From the NCBI GenBank assembly GCA_965153355.1, contig OZ231126.1:35588001-35652000 (forward strand): a stretch of 64,000 bases of DNA, read 5' to 3'. The notes beneath the pieces were generated by a model. The model worked only from the letters and a program-made list of their open reading frames with translations, made no database searches and was not told the DNA's origin. Below are positions 29,668 through 44,470 of this stretch, one piece after another (positions within the stretch are counted from its first letter, which is position 1; each line of letters opens with the position of its first letter). Both the position numbers and the translations under genes were made by a program. The DNA is from Flaccisagitta enflata. Its lineage: Eukaryota.

Positions 29668-30713
29668 TGTCATTCCTCCGGCTTCTGTCGATGAGAATTG
29701 GAGGAGATGCCAGCATCTGGACTTGTGTCGAGGGCGTCGTTCTCAGCGGAAAAAGTCGCCCTTTTCCCGTTTATCGTTGCTATCAAGAAAGATGCCACCC
29801 ACCGATATGACATGCACCATTGCATCGACACTGCCACTAGCACTGGCATCGGGTTCTATTGCAGTAACACTTATGATATCGGTTTTGGCAATTGCGCTGA
29901 GAATACTTAAGATTGGTTTACCATCTCGTTGATCCAAAAAGCAGTTGTTTGTTGGTCTACGTTTTTTACCTCTGCTCAACAATATGGTCCATCAAACCAA
30001 CGATGTAAGATAACACATGTAAGTCGGAGCGATCACTTTGAACGAGACCCCGGTGGTAAAGTGCTGTAAAGTGGGCCGATGGCTTTTTTTGCTATTTTGG
30101 TGTGTATGACCCGCTTTTTTCTCTCTGATCAAGTGATGATGATTGACTCTGAAAGCTGTTTAAGACCCGCGTTGACCTCTTTTTTTTTTTTTTTTTTTTG
30201 TCGCCTGACTCTTTTTTCTCTCTTTCAAATTCCGGCGTCAGAAACGCGACAAAAACGTAGACGAAGAGGAGACGCTTTTGACAAACTGACAGAAAAGTGC
30301 TCACGACGACAGTTTTCTTTGAGCTGCCATAACTATGAAGGTTACGAGTGTAAAGCGATGACGAAAGGGACCCCGCCCATGCTGCCATTTTTTACATGGG
30401 AACCACAACGGTGCCAATCACGCGCCTTCTACCAGCCATTCAGCATGGTTCAAAAGTTGTCATTTCAGATATGTATGTTTAGGCATCTGATAGCTTTTTT
30501 CTATTGTCAAAATTCTTGTTACATCCCATCCAAGCCATCTTCATCTATTTGTCCTCAATTCGCATTACAAGTTTGTACAAAATGGTTGAACCATAAAGAC
30601 GAGCCTGAAAAAGTACCCTTTGAACAAATTTTTACAAATGATCTAGATTCACTAAAAGAGATTTTACATAGAATCGCCTCCATCTGGGACACGAAAAATG
30701 GTCGTGGTTCCAT

Positions 30714-30790
<77 letters not shown>

Positions 30791-31399
30791 ACAATTGAAA
30801 AATGAAAAATGTATCATGCACAATGAAAAACTTTTCTTTAGCATTGAACAACAAACTCTTAGAATTTGTCACTGTAATTGTATTACTGAACTATTTATTA
30901 TTTATTGGTACTTCTGTACTGCTCAAACAATTCATTGTTGGTGTGTTAATCACATTATGAGCAATTAAATCCAATCCAATCCAATCCAATCCCGTAGCCT
31001 TCATCGAATTCATTGAATCAGGCGAATTTCACCACTCACCGAAACTCCCAAAAACTTTTCAACACGAATCTACATTGGTTTTTATTCCGTTTCGTACCCG
31101 GAACCACCACGTGACCCCTGCTCAAACGTTGCTCTCGATAGCTCTCCCCAGTCCCCACAATCGACGACACTCGACTCCTGACAACGGCCAAACCTGCAAC
31201 GTCGATGAAATTTGTTTCCCGTGGCACCGACGAGAACCCAGCCGATAAAAAAAGAAGAGAGATAGAGAAAGGTCTTAGCACCATAGCGTCGTTGGATGGC
31301 ATGGCACGACGGATAGCTCATAATCGCCTCCCTGATGGCTCACACATTATTGTTGTCATCAGTTGTGATGGTCATCATAAGAAGAAGAGCCTTCCAAAC

Positions 31400-31543
<144 letters not shown>

Positions 31544-33255
31544 CGATTGAAAATGTTATCTTGGTTAGTCAATAAAGCTTTTCATGCGTTTTTTTTTTTC
31601 AAGGTCATTTTAAAGACACTTTCGAAAGGAATTACTCTATTCAAAATGTCATTACCTGTCGAGCTACCTGTTGAGCTACCGGTTTGCAAGGATTGGTTGG
31701 AAATTTGAAGAGCTTCAATTGCATCCCTAATTATTTAAAAAATCGGTTAAGCCATCCAAGAGATATTTATCTAAATACAAGTGATATCTTTTTAGATGCG
31801 TGCATGCGACTCTATTACCCGCTTTGTTTGTTGGCTGATTGGTCCGTCCGTCCGTAACTCAATGTTTTTTCGGCGTTTAAGCCATACTAATCTTCATCTA
31901 ATATTAAGTTCAGCTCGTGATGGTAGTCCTCAACAGGGGGCTAACTGTCCCCAAGACTGCCTTTTCAAATAATTCACGGGAAATACATAAGACAACACAG
32001 AATGATAGAATTCCTGAACATTTTTGTTTTCGTTTCCTTTGTATATTTATGATAAATAATCGCTTTGAAAAAAATGTTGAGAGGCAAAATCATTGTTACA
32101 AGACCTATGCAGTTTTGTTAAGTATCAAATGAGAAATCTAATTTCACTATAAAATGATACACACTCATCAATTATTGACACGACCAAGAAGCAATATATC
32201 TCTGAGAAAAACCCTCTCTTAATAAAAACACAAAATGCAAATCTCCCAGATTGCCCCCGAGTGTTTTAAAGTCATAAATGCTTAAGCTGATGTTTCGAAC
32301 AGAGAATGATTATGTTGAAAGATGGTTTAGAACATAATATAATACGGAATTCTTAAAAGAATTGAAGCTTCGATCATCCAATCGAAAATTCTAACCCGCC
32401 AGTGAATGACTCGATGTTACGATTTTTCATCTCATTCTCTTCTTCTCCTTCTTCTTCTTCTTCTTCTTCTTCTTCTTCTTCTTCTTCTTCTTCTTCTTCT
32501 TCTTCTTCTTCTTCTTCTGCTTCTTCTTTTTCATCTTCTTCTTCTCCTTTTTCTTCTTCATCATCTTTTTCTTTTTCTTTTTCTTTTTCTTTTCTTCCTC
32601 TTCTTCTTCTTCTTCTTCTTCTTCTTCTTCTTCTTCTTCTTCTTCTTCTTCTTCTTCTTCTTCTTCTTCTTCTTCGACCTCTTCTTCTTCTTTTTCTTTT
32701 TCTTTTTCTTTTTCTTTTTCTTTTTCTTTTTCTTTTTCTTTTTCTTTTTCTATTTCTTTATCTTCATCTTCTTTCTTCTTCCTCTTCTTCTAGCGTCTTT
32801 ATTTTTCATACTGCATCTCCTATTCCTTCATTCCCATCATCGTTCTCCAATCTCTTCATGTTGTTATCGACCTACACACTGATTTCGCCATCCTCAATTC
32901 CTCATCATCTTCGTTGTTGTGGTCCATCTGTTTCGGCTGGGTGCAAAGGTGGTGGTGGCCACAGTTGCTGTTTATTTCGTAACGGACACCACAATAACCA
33001 CCACAGTCTCCAGATACCCCACCTGTACCACCACCACCACCACCCTCCTCCTGCTCCCCCTCGTCATCACCCAAGGATCACTTAGATGAAGTCGAGTCTT
33101 TATCACCTCGATTTGAGCCGCAGGACATCGTAAACAGAAATGGGTATCACTGCGTCTTTATCTCTCTCCCGCGTCTCGCGCGCTCTCCCTTTCTTCGCCT
33201 CAATCACAAAGACGATGATGACGACGATGATGAAAACAATGACAACGACAGAGAC

Positions 33256-33310
<55 letters not shown>

Positions 33311-33379
33311 TGAGGCGTCACCTGAATGGAAAGCGACCTTGATTGATGCGCTAAAGAGGACGCCGGGAATCAGGCCAGA

Positions 33380-33591
<212 letters not shown>

Positions 33592-33955
33592 ACCATGTCC
33601 ACCTGCATGTTCCGGATAATAGCAGAAACACTGACATAGTTGTACTTTCGTAAATCGGTGAAAAGTGTTCTCGTCCCGCTTGTGCTCCCTGAATACATTT
33701 TCACCATGAAATGAATATGTAAAGCCAATTCATCAGAATTCTGTTTATCACATAAGAACCGTCCAAACTCCCCTCTCACTCACACTGATCAGCTCTTTTA
33801 TTGTCAATAAGCTTTGACACAATGACGTTCTCGTCCCTCGCCATTTACTGCGAGGATCATCTTCACAATCATCCTAATAGGAAAAAACTTAAGGACTAAT
33901 CACATTCCACATTTATATCGATAGCACTCTCCCAGATGGATGGCATCATTTTATG

Positions 33956-34030
<75 letters not shown>

Positions 34031-35617
34031 AGCAACTCTTTTATGGAGACTACTTTGAGGTAAATTCAATATCTATTTGCTTCGATAATCATTCGAAATT
34101 ATCCAAAGCATAGCATCCAGTCCATAACATACCAAAGATTCGGACAGAACATTCCCAGCGACGTGGAGATAAACAGTCGGATCTTTTTTGAAATTCAGAG
34201 GAAGAGACATGAAAATCATATAAGATACTATTTAGATTAAAAAAACATGGTCCCTTCATGTCAATTTCTTTTAATTTCTATGATGGCAATAAAGGAAATC
34301 CACTCATAGACCCTTTACATCCGTTTTTGCGGGATTTAACCGTACAGATAAGCTCAAAATATGAGACAGTCAAATGGGAGAGTGAAAAGACAGAAATTGA
34401 GAAGGAGAAGAAACGCCGAGTCGATGGCGGGGCAATTAAGCGATGGGCAACTCCAAGTCGGCTTCAAAGAACCATTTTGAACTGCGAATGATGAGTCTTT
34501 ATTCGTTGGAAGAAAAAAGAGCGACAATGCAGAAATGAGAAGAAATACGAGATGGGAGGAGTGAGACCATACAGATAGCGAGTTGAACTTGGTGTGGGTA
34601 GAACGGAGGAAGTGGGAGCAATGAGACCATACAGATAGCGAGTAGAACTTTACGGGGGAGTGAGACCATACAGATGACATGCTAAAGATGGGATGGGGGA
34701 GAAGTTGGGACGAATGAGGCCGTGCATGAAGCATAACGAACGCATTGGTAGAAGAGGGAAGGTTTAATACGGATATCAATTATCAAAACATAGAGAAAAA
34801 CAAAGAACTGTACTTATGCATACGCTGTATTATGGCAGAGGGAAAAGGGGCACTGAATTGCGATAAGAGAACGGGGAAATGGTCTCAGAGAGATTACGAG
34901 AGAGAGAAGAAAGTGGTTACGACGCACTGAAAATTATCATAGAATTTGCTACTCGAGTTGGATAAGTTATGAAATTTATAAGATGAAATCTAATGAAATT
35001 TTTTGTTTTTATGTTTTCAATTAAACTGTCAACAGACATATTTTGCATGAATTGACTCGCATATGCCAGTTTTGAATTCCAATCCTTTATTTTACAACTG
35101 CAAAAATATGCGAAATTCAGTAAAAAACTTATCTTGTCAATGGACCATGGCTCATTGAAAATTTTAAATTTGCATAGAAAATCAAAATATCAACAAAACT
35201 AGAACATAGCGCGATTCCTAAAACATAAACTGAGGGCGCTATGTTCTTATTTCAATGATATTTGGATTTTTTATGCAAATTTAAAGTTTTCAGTGAACAG
35301 CTACCAAAATGATTGTCGCCATTTTTTTCTTTTTTTAGTCTCATCAGAATCAAATTTCTTTCAATCTTTTTGCATTTTTGTCATTTGACAGTGACAGATT
35401 GATTTCCACATGTAAGTTTACACATTTAGGTACAAAAAAATAAACACAAGCATTGACCTAAGCAAAAATAGTAAAGTGAATGGTAACTTTGTCCTCTGGG
35501 TAAATTCCTCTTACTTTAATTTCAGTGCGTCTTACAGCCTCATTTCATCAAGTAAATCAAGTTTAATGAGCGGAAAAATCATGGTGACAAGGGAGACTCC
35601 GTTTAGCAGCGCTAGTG

Positions 35618-35690
<73 letters not shown>

Positions 35691-36902
35691 CTCATTCTCT
35701 CTCAATTAACTCTTTTGAACGCCATCCAAGTCTCATCATTTTACCACCAGCTACGATAAAGAATCGCGTCTGAGACGGCCGTGTTTCCTCTAATTCGTAT
35801 GTCTCTATCTTTTTCTCATTTGCCTTTATTTCTCATGTTTCTATCTTTGCCTCTTTTCCGCCGTCTATGTCCGCCGGCGTAAATGATGAGAAAAAGGGAG
35901 AGATTCATCCTTCTCACGATCACGTATGTGATACGACGATGAGCTACATTCTGGAAACTAATGAGCGAGACTGGCGAGACATCAGTCTGGAGGTAGTACT
36001 TAACTACTTATCGACTCATCATCGCGTCTTTTATCACTCGTTAGAAAGAAATCGACTTCTGCGCTAGATTGCCTTCTTGGTATAAAACTCGGGTTGCAAT
36101 GGTAAGAGACCCAAAATGTTCATAAGTCCCTTTTGAATTTGTAGACAAGGATCAGCAGCTTTTTTTTATCTTTGATTGCGTCAGTCATCACAATTCAAAA
36201 AAATCAAACCCAAACACTTTTACTACTTTGAAATTCCAACGATTCAGCGGCCGTTCTCTGCCTTTTCCCTCCTAAACACTCGCCGCCATCAACAATCGAC
36301 ATTCTCACCAAACAGCGCATTTGTTCTTCTCTGACCACCCTACAGCATTAACCAAAATGGTTTGTCCCCAAGCACCAACATAACGGTATGGCACCATTTA
36401 TCACGCATCTACAAACTCCCCAATCGATCCCCAGCATTCTCTTTCTCACCCATTTTTCCGTTTTACTTAGTCTCATGTTTTTTCCCATGACTTTCTTTAC
36501 CACCGCTCTTCATCATTTTCTCCCTCACCTCTACTTCACTCTCTCTATCTTCACATCGCTTTCTCCTATCCTCACCACTTCATCACTCTCTTCTCTACCC
36601 AATGCCTTTTCCCCTGCGCCATTTCACACTCTCATCTCCTCATTAGATCGCCATTCTCTTCTCGCCTCTTTGCCCCTCTCTCTTCTCCACTCTATGCCCA
36701 CTCCCCTGCACCTATTCACACTCTCCTCTCCTTACCACTTCGCCACTTTCTTCTTCACCCAATGCCCTCTTCCCAGCACCCCGCCGTCGGCGTCTCGCTT
36801 CGTGATTTCCGTCGAAAACATGTCCTGAATCTTTTTGGTCTTCGCTTCCGCTCCATTTGTCACTTTCTCAAGCGTTGTGCCTCTGTCTCTATCTTTCTGC
36901 GC

Positions 36903-36952
<50 letters not shown>

Positions 36953-38270
36953 TTCATGTGCCAGCCGTTTTTCTTTTCTGATGGATTTTACTCAAAACCA
37001 GGAATCACCTGCTGCATGTGGCCATCGGCCTCGTATTGCCTTCGCCATCAGCGTAGTCTACTTAGCAACAATGCCATTCTTTACCTTTCGTTTATTTTTG
37101 TTACCTTTTAGGACATTTATACCGCACTAGCGGCAGCACGATATATTAGACCTTTTGTAAATAATGTATGTTAACGTAACTTTGACATGATGTAAAGGCT
37201 ATTCTACTCTCCATTGGTCACTAATAGAGAGAGAGAAAGAGAGAGAAAGGAAGAATTAAAGAAAAAGAAAGAAAGAAAAATGAAAGAAAAGGGAAATTGA
37301 GAATCTCTTTCTTTCTTTCTAACGGTGATAATATGTAAATGTTGCCTGGGTTGTGTTGTTGCGTGGGCAAGTGAAGACTACGAGAGTGAGAGAGAGGGTT
37401 TGAGACGAGAGTGAGAAGGTGGAGACGCAGAATCGAGGTCAACAGTGCCAGGATCATTCTGAGGGGTGAAGGTTTATGTTTGAGCAAAGTATATATCAGC
37501 ATCATTCGCCGCGCGCCACCAATCTTAATCGCAAGCGCGCTCTCTCTCTCTCTCTCTCTTTCTCTCTCTTTTTTTTTCTCTCTCTTTCTCCTTCTCCTTC
37601 TCCTGATGGTTTGCTATCTATATTAACTGATAATTCTAAATGTATATATATGCATTCAAAATGTAAGTCCTGTTACAGCTATATATATACAGACGCTAAT
37701 GATTTCTATTATCACCACTCTTGCACTTATCATTTGCATCTGTAAGTAGTTCAGTTTCTTGAGTGGTCGCTAATTACCACTTAGAAAAGGATGCAATCAA
37801 TTTCACATTTTCTAGACTATCAATCAATTGTACATGTACATTACGTTAAGTGCTCTCGGTTGTATCAACAGAGAAAATCGACAATCAATCGCTTTTCGTG
37901 ACTTGACACCCAATTATTGCAAGACAAAGTAGTCCTTTAGTCAGGCAAATGTCACCCATCAAAATGTCGCAGAAGCGTTGGAAGGTATTTGCAAAATACG
38001 AAAGAATTAGGAATTGAGAAAATGCTATAATGAGTGGTATCAGGCTGATAATTATTTTCATTATTATCGATATCGTCAGCATCATCTGCGTCATCGTTAT
38101 CATCTTCATCGTCATCATCATGACTCAGTAAACACGTGGGCTTGCTCATAGGCACCACGCGAAATTCCTTAGGACACTCTTCCCACTGGATCGTGTTTTT
38201 TTCTCGAATGTTGGCACCTTCACTGTGTATGTGTGTGTGTGTATTTCTGTGTGTGTGTATTTCTGTGTGT

Positions 38271-38308
<38 letters not shown>

Positions 38309-38318
38309 GCGTGTGCGT

Positions 38319-38352
<34 letters not shown>

Positions 38353-38707
38353 CGGTGTGTGTGTGTCTAGCTGTCTGTTCGTCTGGATGTCAACGAAAAA
38401 GTCTAAGTGTCTGTCACGCACTTACGTTTCGCCTTGTGCCTTGTCTGACTATTTGATGGTCAGCATATGCTAACCATCTGAAACCACGAAGTATCTAATG
38501 AGGTAACGGAGCCAAGAGACAATAGTGTCAGGGCAATTAATAAAGAATTCTTTCAAAGTGGAGAAGGCTAAAAGCGTCTGAACGAAGTTACGACGACGAC
38601 AACGATACCAACGACGGCAATACTATTTACGACGGCGTCTATTATTCTGGCAACGATGAACGACCTCGGTGATAACGATGATTATAAATCATAATTATGC
38701 GATGTTT

Positions 38708-39082
<375 letters not shown>

Positions 39083-39699
39083 CGGAGGTAAGGATGATAA
39101 TGATATTGATGGAAACTGGATAATTTTACTTAAAAGACATATATCCCTTGTTAGCACGGGTGTAAAATCTGTGAAAGTGGAAGTTTCGACTTTTTTTCTT
39201 CCCTCCCATTCGCGGTGTTCGAAACCAATTTTGTCATTCTCTCGTCTCGCCTCCCTTTTATAGCCGAGTCGTTTGAGCCTAAAACAGCTTTTTCTGTAAT
39301 CATGGTCGCCGACAACAACAAACTGTTTTCTGCCGTTTTTTTGCCGGTCGTCGGCAGTGAGCACTTTTGCCGCCGGTCGCCCGCAACAAACTCCTTTTTG
39401 GTCGGTGCTCGGCAGTCGGCAACAAACACTTTTACAGCCAGTCTCTTCTTACCCCACAGCCCCCCACCACCCCAACAAACTTCATTGCCGCCGATTACCG
39501 GTTGACTCGTTGCAAGTTGACTCTTTCGCCTTCAGTCACCGACTACTAAGTCTTTTACACGCCGCCGCCGGTAGCAAGCTTCACACGAGACACCCCAAAG
39601 ACAAAGACAATGTCTCGGGACGCGCGCTTAAAACTCAGTTAAGAGCGTCTTTAAACACCGAAAATCACTCCATAAAACCCGCAATTTTCTTTGCCAAGG

Positions 39700-39809
<110 letters not shown>

Positions 39810-40038
39810 GCCAAGAAGGCAATCGGGGAAAAACAGAGTGAAGTTGAAAAACTGCGTTAAGAAATGTAAAATGCGAAGAAAATGTTTAGGCCAGCCGAGG
39901 CGAAGCTGGGACTTGCCGCCAATTTAAGATCATTTGCGAAAAGATCTTTGGAGGTATTAGATCCAAATCTACTAACTACAGTTGAGCTTCACTACAACGC
40001 ATGACAAGGCCAAGGGAATGGGCAATATTATGCCTTTT

Positions 40039-40099
<61 letters not shown>

Positions 40100-40325
40100 T
40101 TGTGTGTGTATGTGTCGGTGTGTTGTTTGGCTCTGCCTCCGTCTTTTCCCTGTAAAGCTCGCCTACGCGTTTATCAATCAATTCGCGTAATTTTTTTTTC
40201 CTCCGAAATGCATTCGCGGTTGCAAGTAAACGCATTGGCGAACATGAAATCGTCATGGGAAAAGTTGTTGCACATGATTCGTCATCTTATAGACCGACTC
40301 ATATTTTCCATACAAACGTAAATAT

Positions 40326-40628
40326 TGTTAGGTGCCAGTCTCACCTGGTACATGATGATGATAAGCAGGTAATGCTGAATGGAAAGGGGGAGAATGCTCG
40401 TAAGTAAAGGGCCACGCGGTAAGGGTAGTAATGGTAATGGTAATCAGTATAGGTCAGGAAGGAAACGCGCACACCATATCAGAACGTCCTGTAAATATGA
40501 GAACGACAGTTTGAATAATGACACGAGCGAAGACAGATCCAATGACAGCATCAGGAGATGACAGGAATGACAGAAACACGGTACAAATGATAACGGGAAA
40601 GTAAAGTGGCATGAATGAACCTCTAACA
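40326..40628 (-). repeat. 3' LTR (303 bp, internally deleted)
   Basis: Preceded on the - strand by the PPT; lacks the segment equivalent to 45325-45432. Confidence 0.95.
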
Positions 40629-40631
40629 GCT

Positions 40632-40645
40632 ACTCCCCCCTTTCC
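40632..40645 (-). promoter_or_regulatory. Polypurine tract
   Basis: GGAAAGGGGGGAGT just before the 3' LTR on the - strand. Confidence 0.85.
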
Positions 40646-42276
40646 ATTCGATCGACCCGAGCAAATTAAAAATGACTCAAGTCAAATCAGTAAAAATGAA
40701 AAATTATGATCCGGTTGGTAAAAAGAAATTACAACATGTATGACAAAAAAAGTTACATGTTCCGTAAATAAAACTCGTCAAGAAAGAATACTATAAGACT
40801 AAGAAAACTGGCACAAACTTCAGATTTGGTTTTTTTTTTTGTTTTTTTTTTAGAGAATGTAAAACGCGTTTGTCATGGTAGTGCCCCAGAGGTCCCTTTT
40901 TGTTTTTTTTTTTCTTCAATGATCGTAATACCCCTTCTTCCACGATCGAACAGCGACAAACAGTTTCCCAAGGACGCTCCATCGAAACCCACGCCGGCGT
41001 CCTGATTTTGCTGCCACCGCGCCAGGGCGATTTCAGCTCACTTCTTGACAAGTTATGTCTTCAGAGCTGTGATCGCCATGAGAATCGCCCCAATCTTCTG
41101 TCTTCATTCTTGATCTCGATTCCTCTGATGATCCATGACAGTGAATGTCACTTGACAAAGTTCTTGACGGGGCTTTAGACATGCAGTAGCGGCGTTTTGG
41201 GTGTATACCCAACAGCTACTGGCACGTACTAACAAACAGAGGGTGATGACGTGCCTTAGTTATCAAATTGAATCATGTCACTAGCTCACCAATGAAGGGG
41301 GCAACCCTGAATCTGGCGTGCCATGCTGATCCAATGTGATACCAAAAAGGCACAGAGGACCGGAAGAGGTCAGAGAGTGTAATCTCGTACCACCCCCATG
41401 GGAACTCACGCTCCAAGGTAAAAACTATGAATTCTTGAGACACTTGAAAAGTCTTGATGGGGACTCCAACCGTCGTGAGTGATCGCCTCGATCACTCAGA
41501 TCACTCACTCAAGAGATGGCTGTGGTGGAACAGCCGCAAATGAGGTTAAGATAAGTTAAAGGATGGTTAGACAGGGTGGGTGACACCTAAAATCTCACCC
41601 AGTGTGACAATCAACCAAATCAACAATGTCACTTCAGGAAAAACCGGTATAAATTTCTTTAAATGACATGTAGCGGGAAACGCCTTAGTCTCAATCTCCC
41701 GATGATGGGGCACAGTTAAAGAGTAGAGCAACTGTGACACACACAGATCAACAAGTTGACAGGATGTGTAATCCATTATCTCATAAATCCGGTGACAATC
41801 ATGTTAATCAACACACATGCGCCACACCTTAGATCTAGTAAAACAGATAATTCCCCCAAACAAACTTCTCATACAGACAGAACCCAACCTGGATCGCCGA
41901 GTCAATGGATAATGACTGGTTCCTCTGTCAACGATAGGGAGCAACCCCCGGGGGTGATTAGATCTGAGCAATAGGAGAAGTGAAATTGATGCATATTCTC
42001 GCAAAATTAGAGGATGATGATTGTTGATTGACCGACCACAGGTGGTGAGGAGTGTGGGTGCATAGATGGTAGTGTTAGTAATAGTCAAACTGGGTCAACC
42101 AGTACAAACACGGATAAAAAAGCGGCGTATTACGTATCCCGTTGTTGGTCCACCTCAGTGTTCGGGCTGGGGAAAGCATGCTTGGTTTATGAAGACAACG
42201 TTATGATTTCGGATATCCGTGACTAAAATGAGCTCTTAACTACAAAGTTTAATTTGTACAGAGAGCAGAGTAAAAC

Positions 42277-42421
42277 AGTGCGTGTAAACACATAGTGCAG
42301 AAGTTAACAATGTGTGTGAACACAGTGCAGATGTTAACAATGTGTGTGAACACATAGTGCAGAAGTTAACAATGTGTGTGAACACATAGTGCAAAAGTTA
42401 ACAATGTGTGTGAACACATAG
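42277..42421. repeat. ~30-bp tandem repeat (4-5 copies) in the 3' non-coding region of the LTR element
   Basis: AGTGCAGAAGTTAACAATGTGTGTGAACAC(AT) repeated. Confidence 0.85.
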
Positions 42422-42673
42422 TTTGTGTATTAATACAACAGTGCAAGAGACTAGCTAAGTCAGACTATGTGTGAGCAATATACAGTGCTGGAGAAGCGCC
42501 GAGACCATAATTATTTTAGGCAGGATATGCCATGTCTCGGAAAAGGGGAATCGAGGTTAGTAGTGCAGCCAAGGACAGGACATGTCAAAACACACAGTTC
42601 CGGGGTCATAGAGATAAGAGAAAGGGAGCAGGTCTTTAGTGAGAAGGAGGGATGTGTGTGGGGAGGCATAGAG

Positions 42674-44470
42674 TTAGAACTCAAGCCAGTTGTCTCCACA
42701 ATCCACATTTGCCGCCGCCTCAGACTTAAATGATGATCTCCCCTTCCTGGTTGATTGGTAACGAAGAGTGATGTCGTAGGCTCGTTTGATGCATTGCTTG
42801 TCCGTAGGCATGCTCATCTTGATTTGGTCTTGGTAGTCTTTGGGAAGACCACTGATGAAGCGGATGAAGTAAGCATCCAATTTGGCTTTTGATCCATCCA
42901 GAAGGTTGGTCTCAAAAGAGTCCACATACTGCTTCACCTTAGAGCAGTATGTGTGAAGAGATTCCTTGGACTCATCCCAGGTGTAAGCGCGGAGGTTGCA
43001 CTTCCACTCTGCCCTGATTATAGGGTCTTCATACTCCAACTTGAGCTCTTTCTTCAGTGCAAGCCAATCAGTGTTCTTGTGGACACTGCGGTTCCAGATT
43101 GCAAAGGCTTCAGGTCCAAGGTAATTGGGAAGCCATTCTAGGCAATAACGGAAATGTCTTCTTCTAGAGTGGGGGTTCACCCCTTTCTTCACACCAGTCT
43201 CAAACTTATCCACCCAGATGGCAAAGACCTGTTTGGAGTTGTGATCAAATTCCTTGACTCCTGGGAGCTTGTGGCAGACTTGTTCCGGGAGCTCGCGGTT
43301 GTAAGCATAACCATCAGTTGGGTCATCTTCCTCAGAGTCAGAGTGACGGTGAGAGCGTTGGGACCTAGGCCTGCGTGTCCTAGTGCGACGTCTACCACTG
43401 CCACTGGCATGATCCTGTGAACCATCAGTTTCTGATACATCACTGTGAGGTCTTCTTGTATTGGCCAAGCCCTGATCAGAAACGATTGACTGAGTGGGGA
43501 CAAGGGCTCCATTTTGGGGTGCACCCAATCGCTGCATGGGAGCCTGGGGTCCTTGGGCAGCGGAAGGTTGTGGTACAGCTTGAGCAGGCAATGAGTTTTG
43601 GTGCCCAAAAGCTATGGGAGCATACCCAGAGTGCATAGGGGTGGGTGCACGGGCTCTTGGAGTACTATGGTTAGACCACGCATTCAATACCCTGACTGCG
43701 GCTGAGGGTGGATGTCCTGAGGGAAAGACAGCCGCTATGGGTGGACCTGAGGCTGCTGAGGATGGGCCTGGGTTAGCTGAGGTTGGGCCTGGAGCTGCTA
43801 GGAATGACCCTGCCACAACTGAAGGTGGGATCGAGCCTGTTTGACTTCCTGGAGAAGGTAGCACAATGTTTAGCAAGTTGGGCGGTGGAGCCCTAGGCGC
43901 ACCTGCAAGAACACTGGGGGCCATCAAGGATCCACTCAGAGGTGGCGCAACCGAATTGCTGACGGGGGTCACCGTCGTGGTGACCACTAGGGATGCAACT
44001 GTGGGCTGGGGAGCTCCCCCAGATGGCGGTGGACCTGCGGGCTGAGAAGCCCCCCCAGATGGTGGTAAACCTGCGGCCAAGGCTGAGGCTGAGACACCCC
44101 CTTGACCTGACGGAAAGGCGTTGAGGGTGGCACTGTTGGGAGGTAATCCCGCTATGTTGGGAGCTTGCAGTCCCTGAGCGCTGTTGGCTGCCATCATCTG
44201 ATTCATATGCCGTATGAGATTGTCCATTTGACGCTCCATGCGGTCCATGGATGTTTGCTGCTGTTGTATGGCGGTCTGTTGTTGTTGCATAGCAGTCTGT
44301 TGTTGTTGCAAGGCTGCTTGTTGCCGAATAATCAGCGGCTCGAGGTTATTCATATTTTGGGGGGGTTGACCCCCAACACCACTCACGCTCGCAGCGGTGC
44401 CTGCGGAGGAGCCTGCGACGACATTAATCGGAGGGTTTACCCCCGGAGGTGGAGGTGCTGCAGTGGACAT
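42674..44470 (-). CDS. gag: Gag-like protein, 598 aa from first ATG
   Basis: Uninterrupted ORF inside the LTRs. The C-terminal ~200 aa has a retrotransposon capsid pattern (WVDKFE...W.ALKKEL...ESLHTY...FISGLP). No CCHC knuckle. Confidence 0.85.
   Translation of the reverse strand: MSTAAPPPPGVNPPINVVAGSSAGTAASVSGVGGQPPQNMNNLEPLIIRQQAALQQQQTAMQQQQTAIQQQQTSMDRMERQMDNLIRHMNQMMAANSAQGLQAPNIAGLPPNSATLNAFPSGQGGVSASALAAGLPPSGGASQPAGPPPSGGAPQPTVASLVVTTTVTPVSNSVAPPLSGSLMAPSVLAGAPRAPPPNLLNIVLPSPGSQTGSIPPSVVAGSFLAAPGPTSANPGPSSAASGPPIAAVFPSGHPPSAAVRVLNAWSNHSTPRARAPTPMHSGYAPIAFGHQNSLPAQAVPQPSAAQGPQAPMQRLGAPQNGALVPTQSIVSDQGLANTRRPHSDVSETDGSQDHASGSGRRRTRTRRPRSQRSHRHSDSEEDDPTDGYAYNRELPEQVCHKLPGVKEFDHNSKQVFAIWVDKFETGVKKGVNPHSRRRHFRYCLEWLPNYLGPEAFAIWNRSVHKNTDWLALKKELKLEYEDPIIRAEWKCNLRAYTWDESKESLHTYCSKVKQYVDSFETNLLDGSKAKLDAYFIRFISGLPKDYQDQIKMSMPTDKQCIKRAYDITLRYQSTRKGRSSFKSEAAANVDCGDNWLEF

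Noticed and set aside
30079-30798. 239-aa ORF, and neighbouring ORFs at 29576-29982
   Set aside because: No recognisable domain, runs through T and CT tracts, no convincing splice context
42511-42708. Frameshifted pol start overlapping the gag end
   Set aside because: Only 65 aa, no protease D(T/S)G motif, followed by tandem repeats
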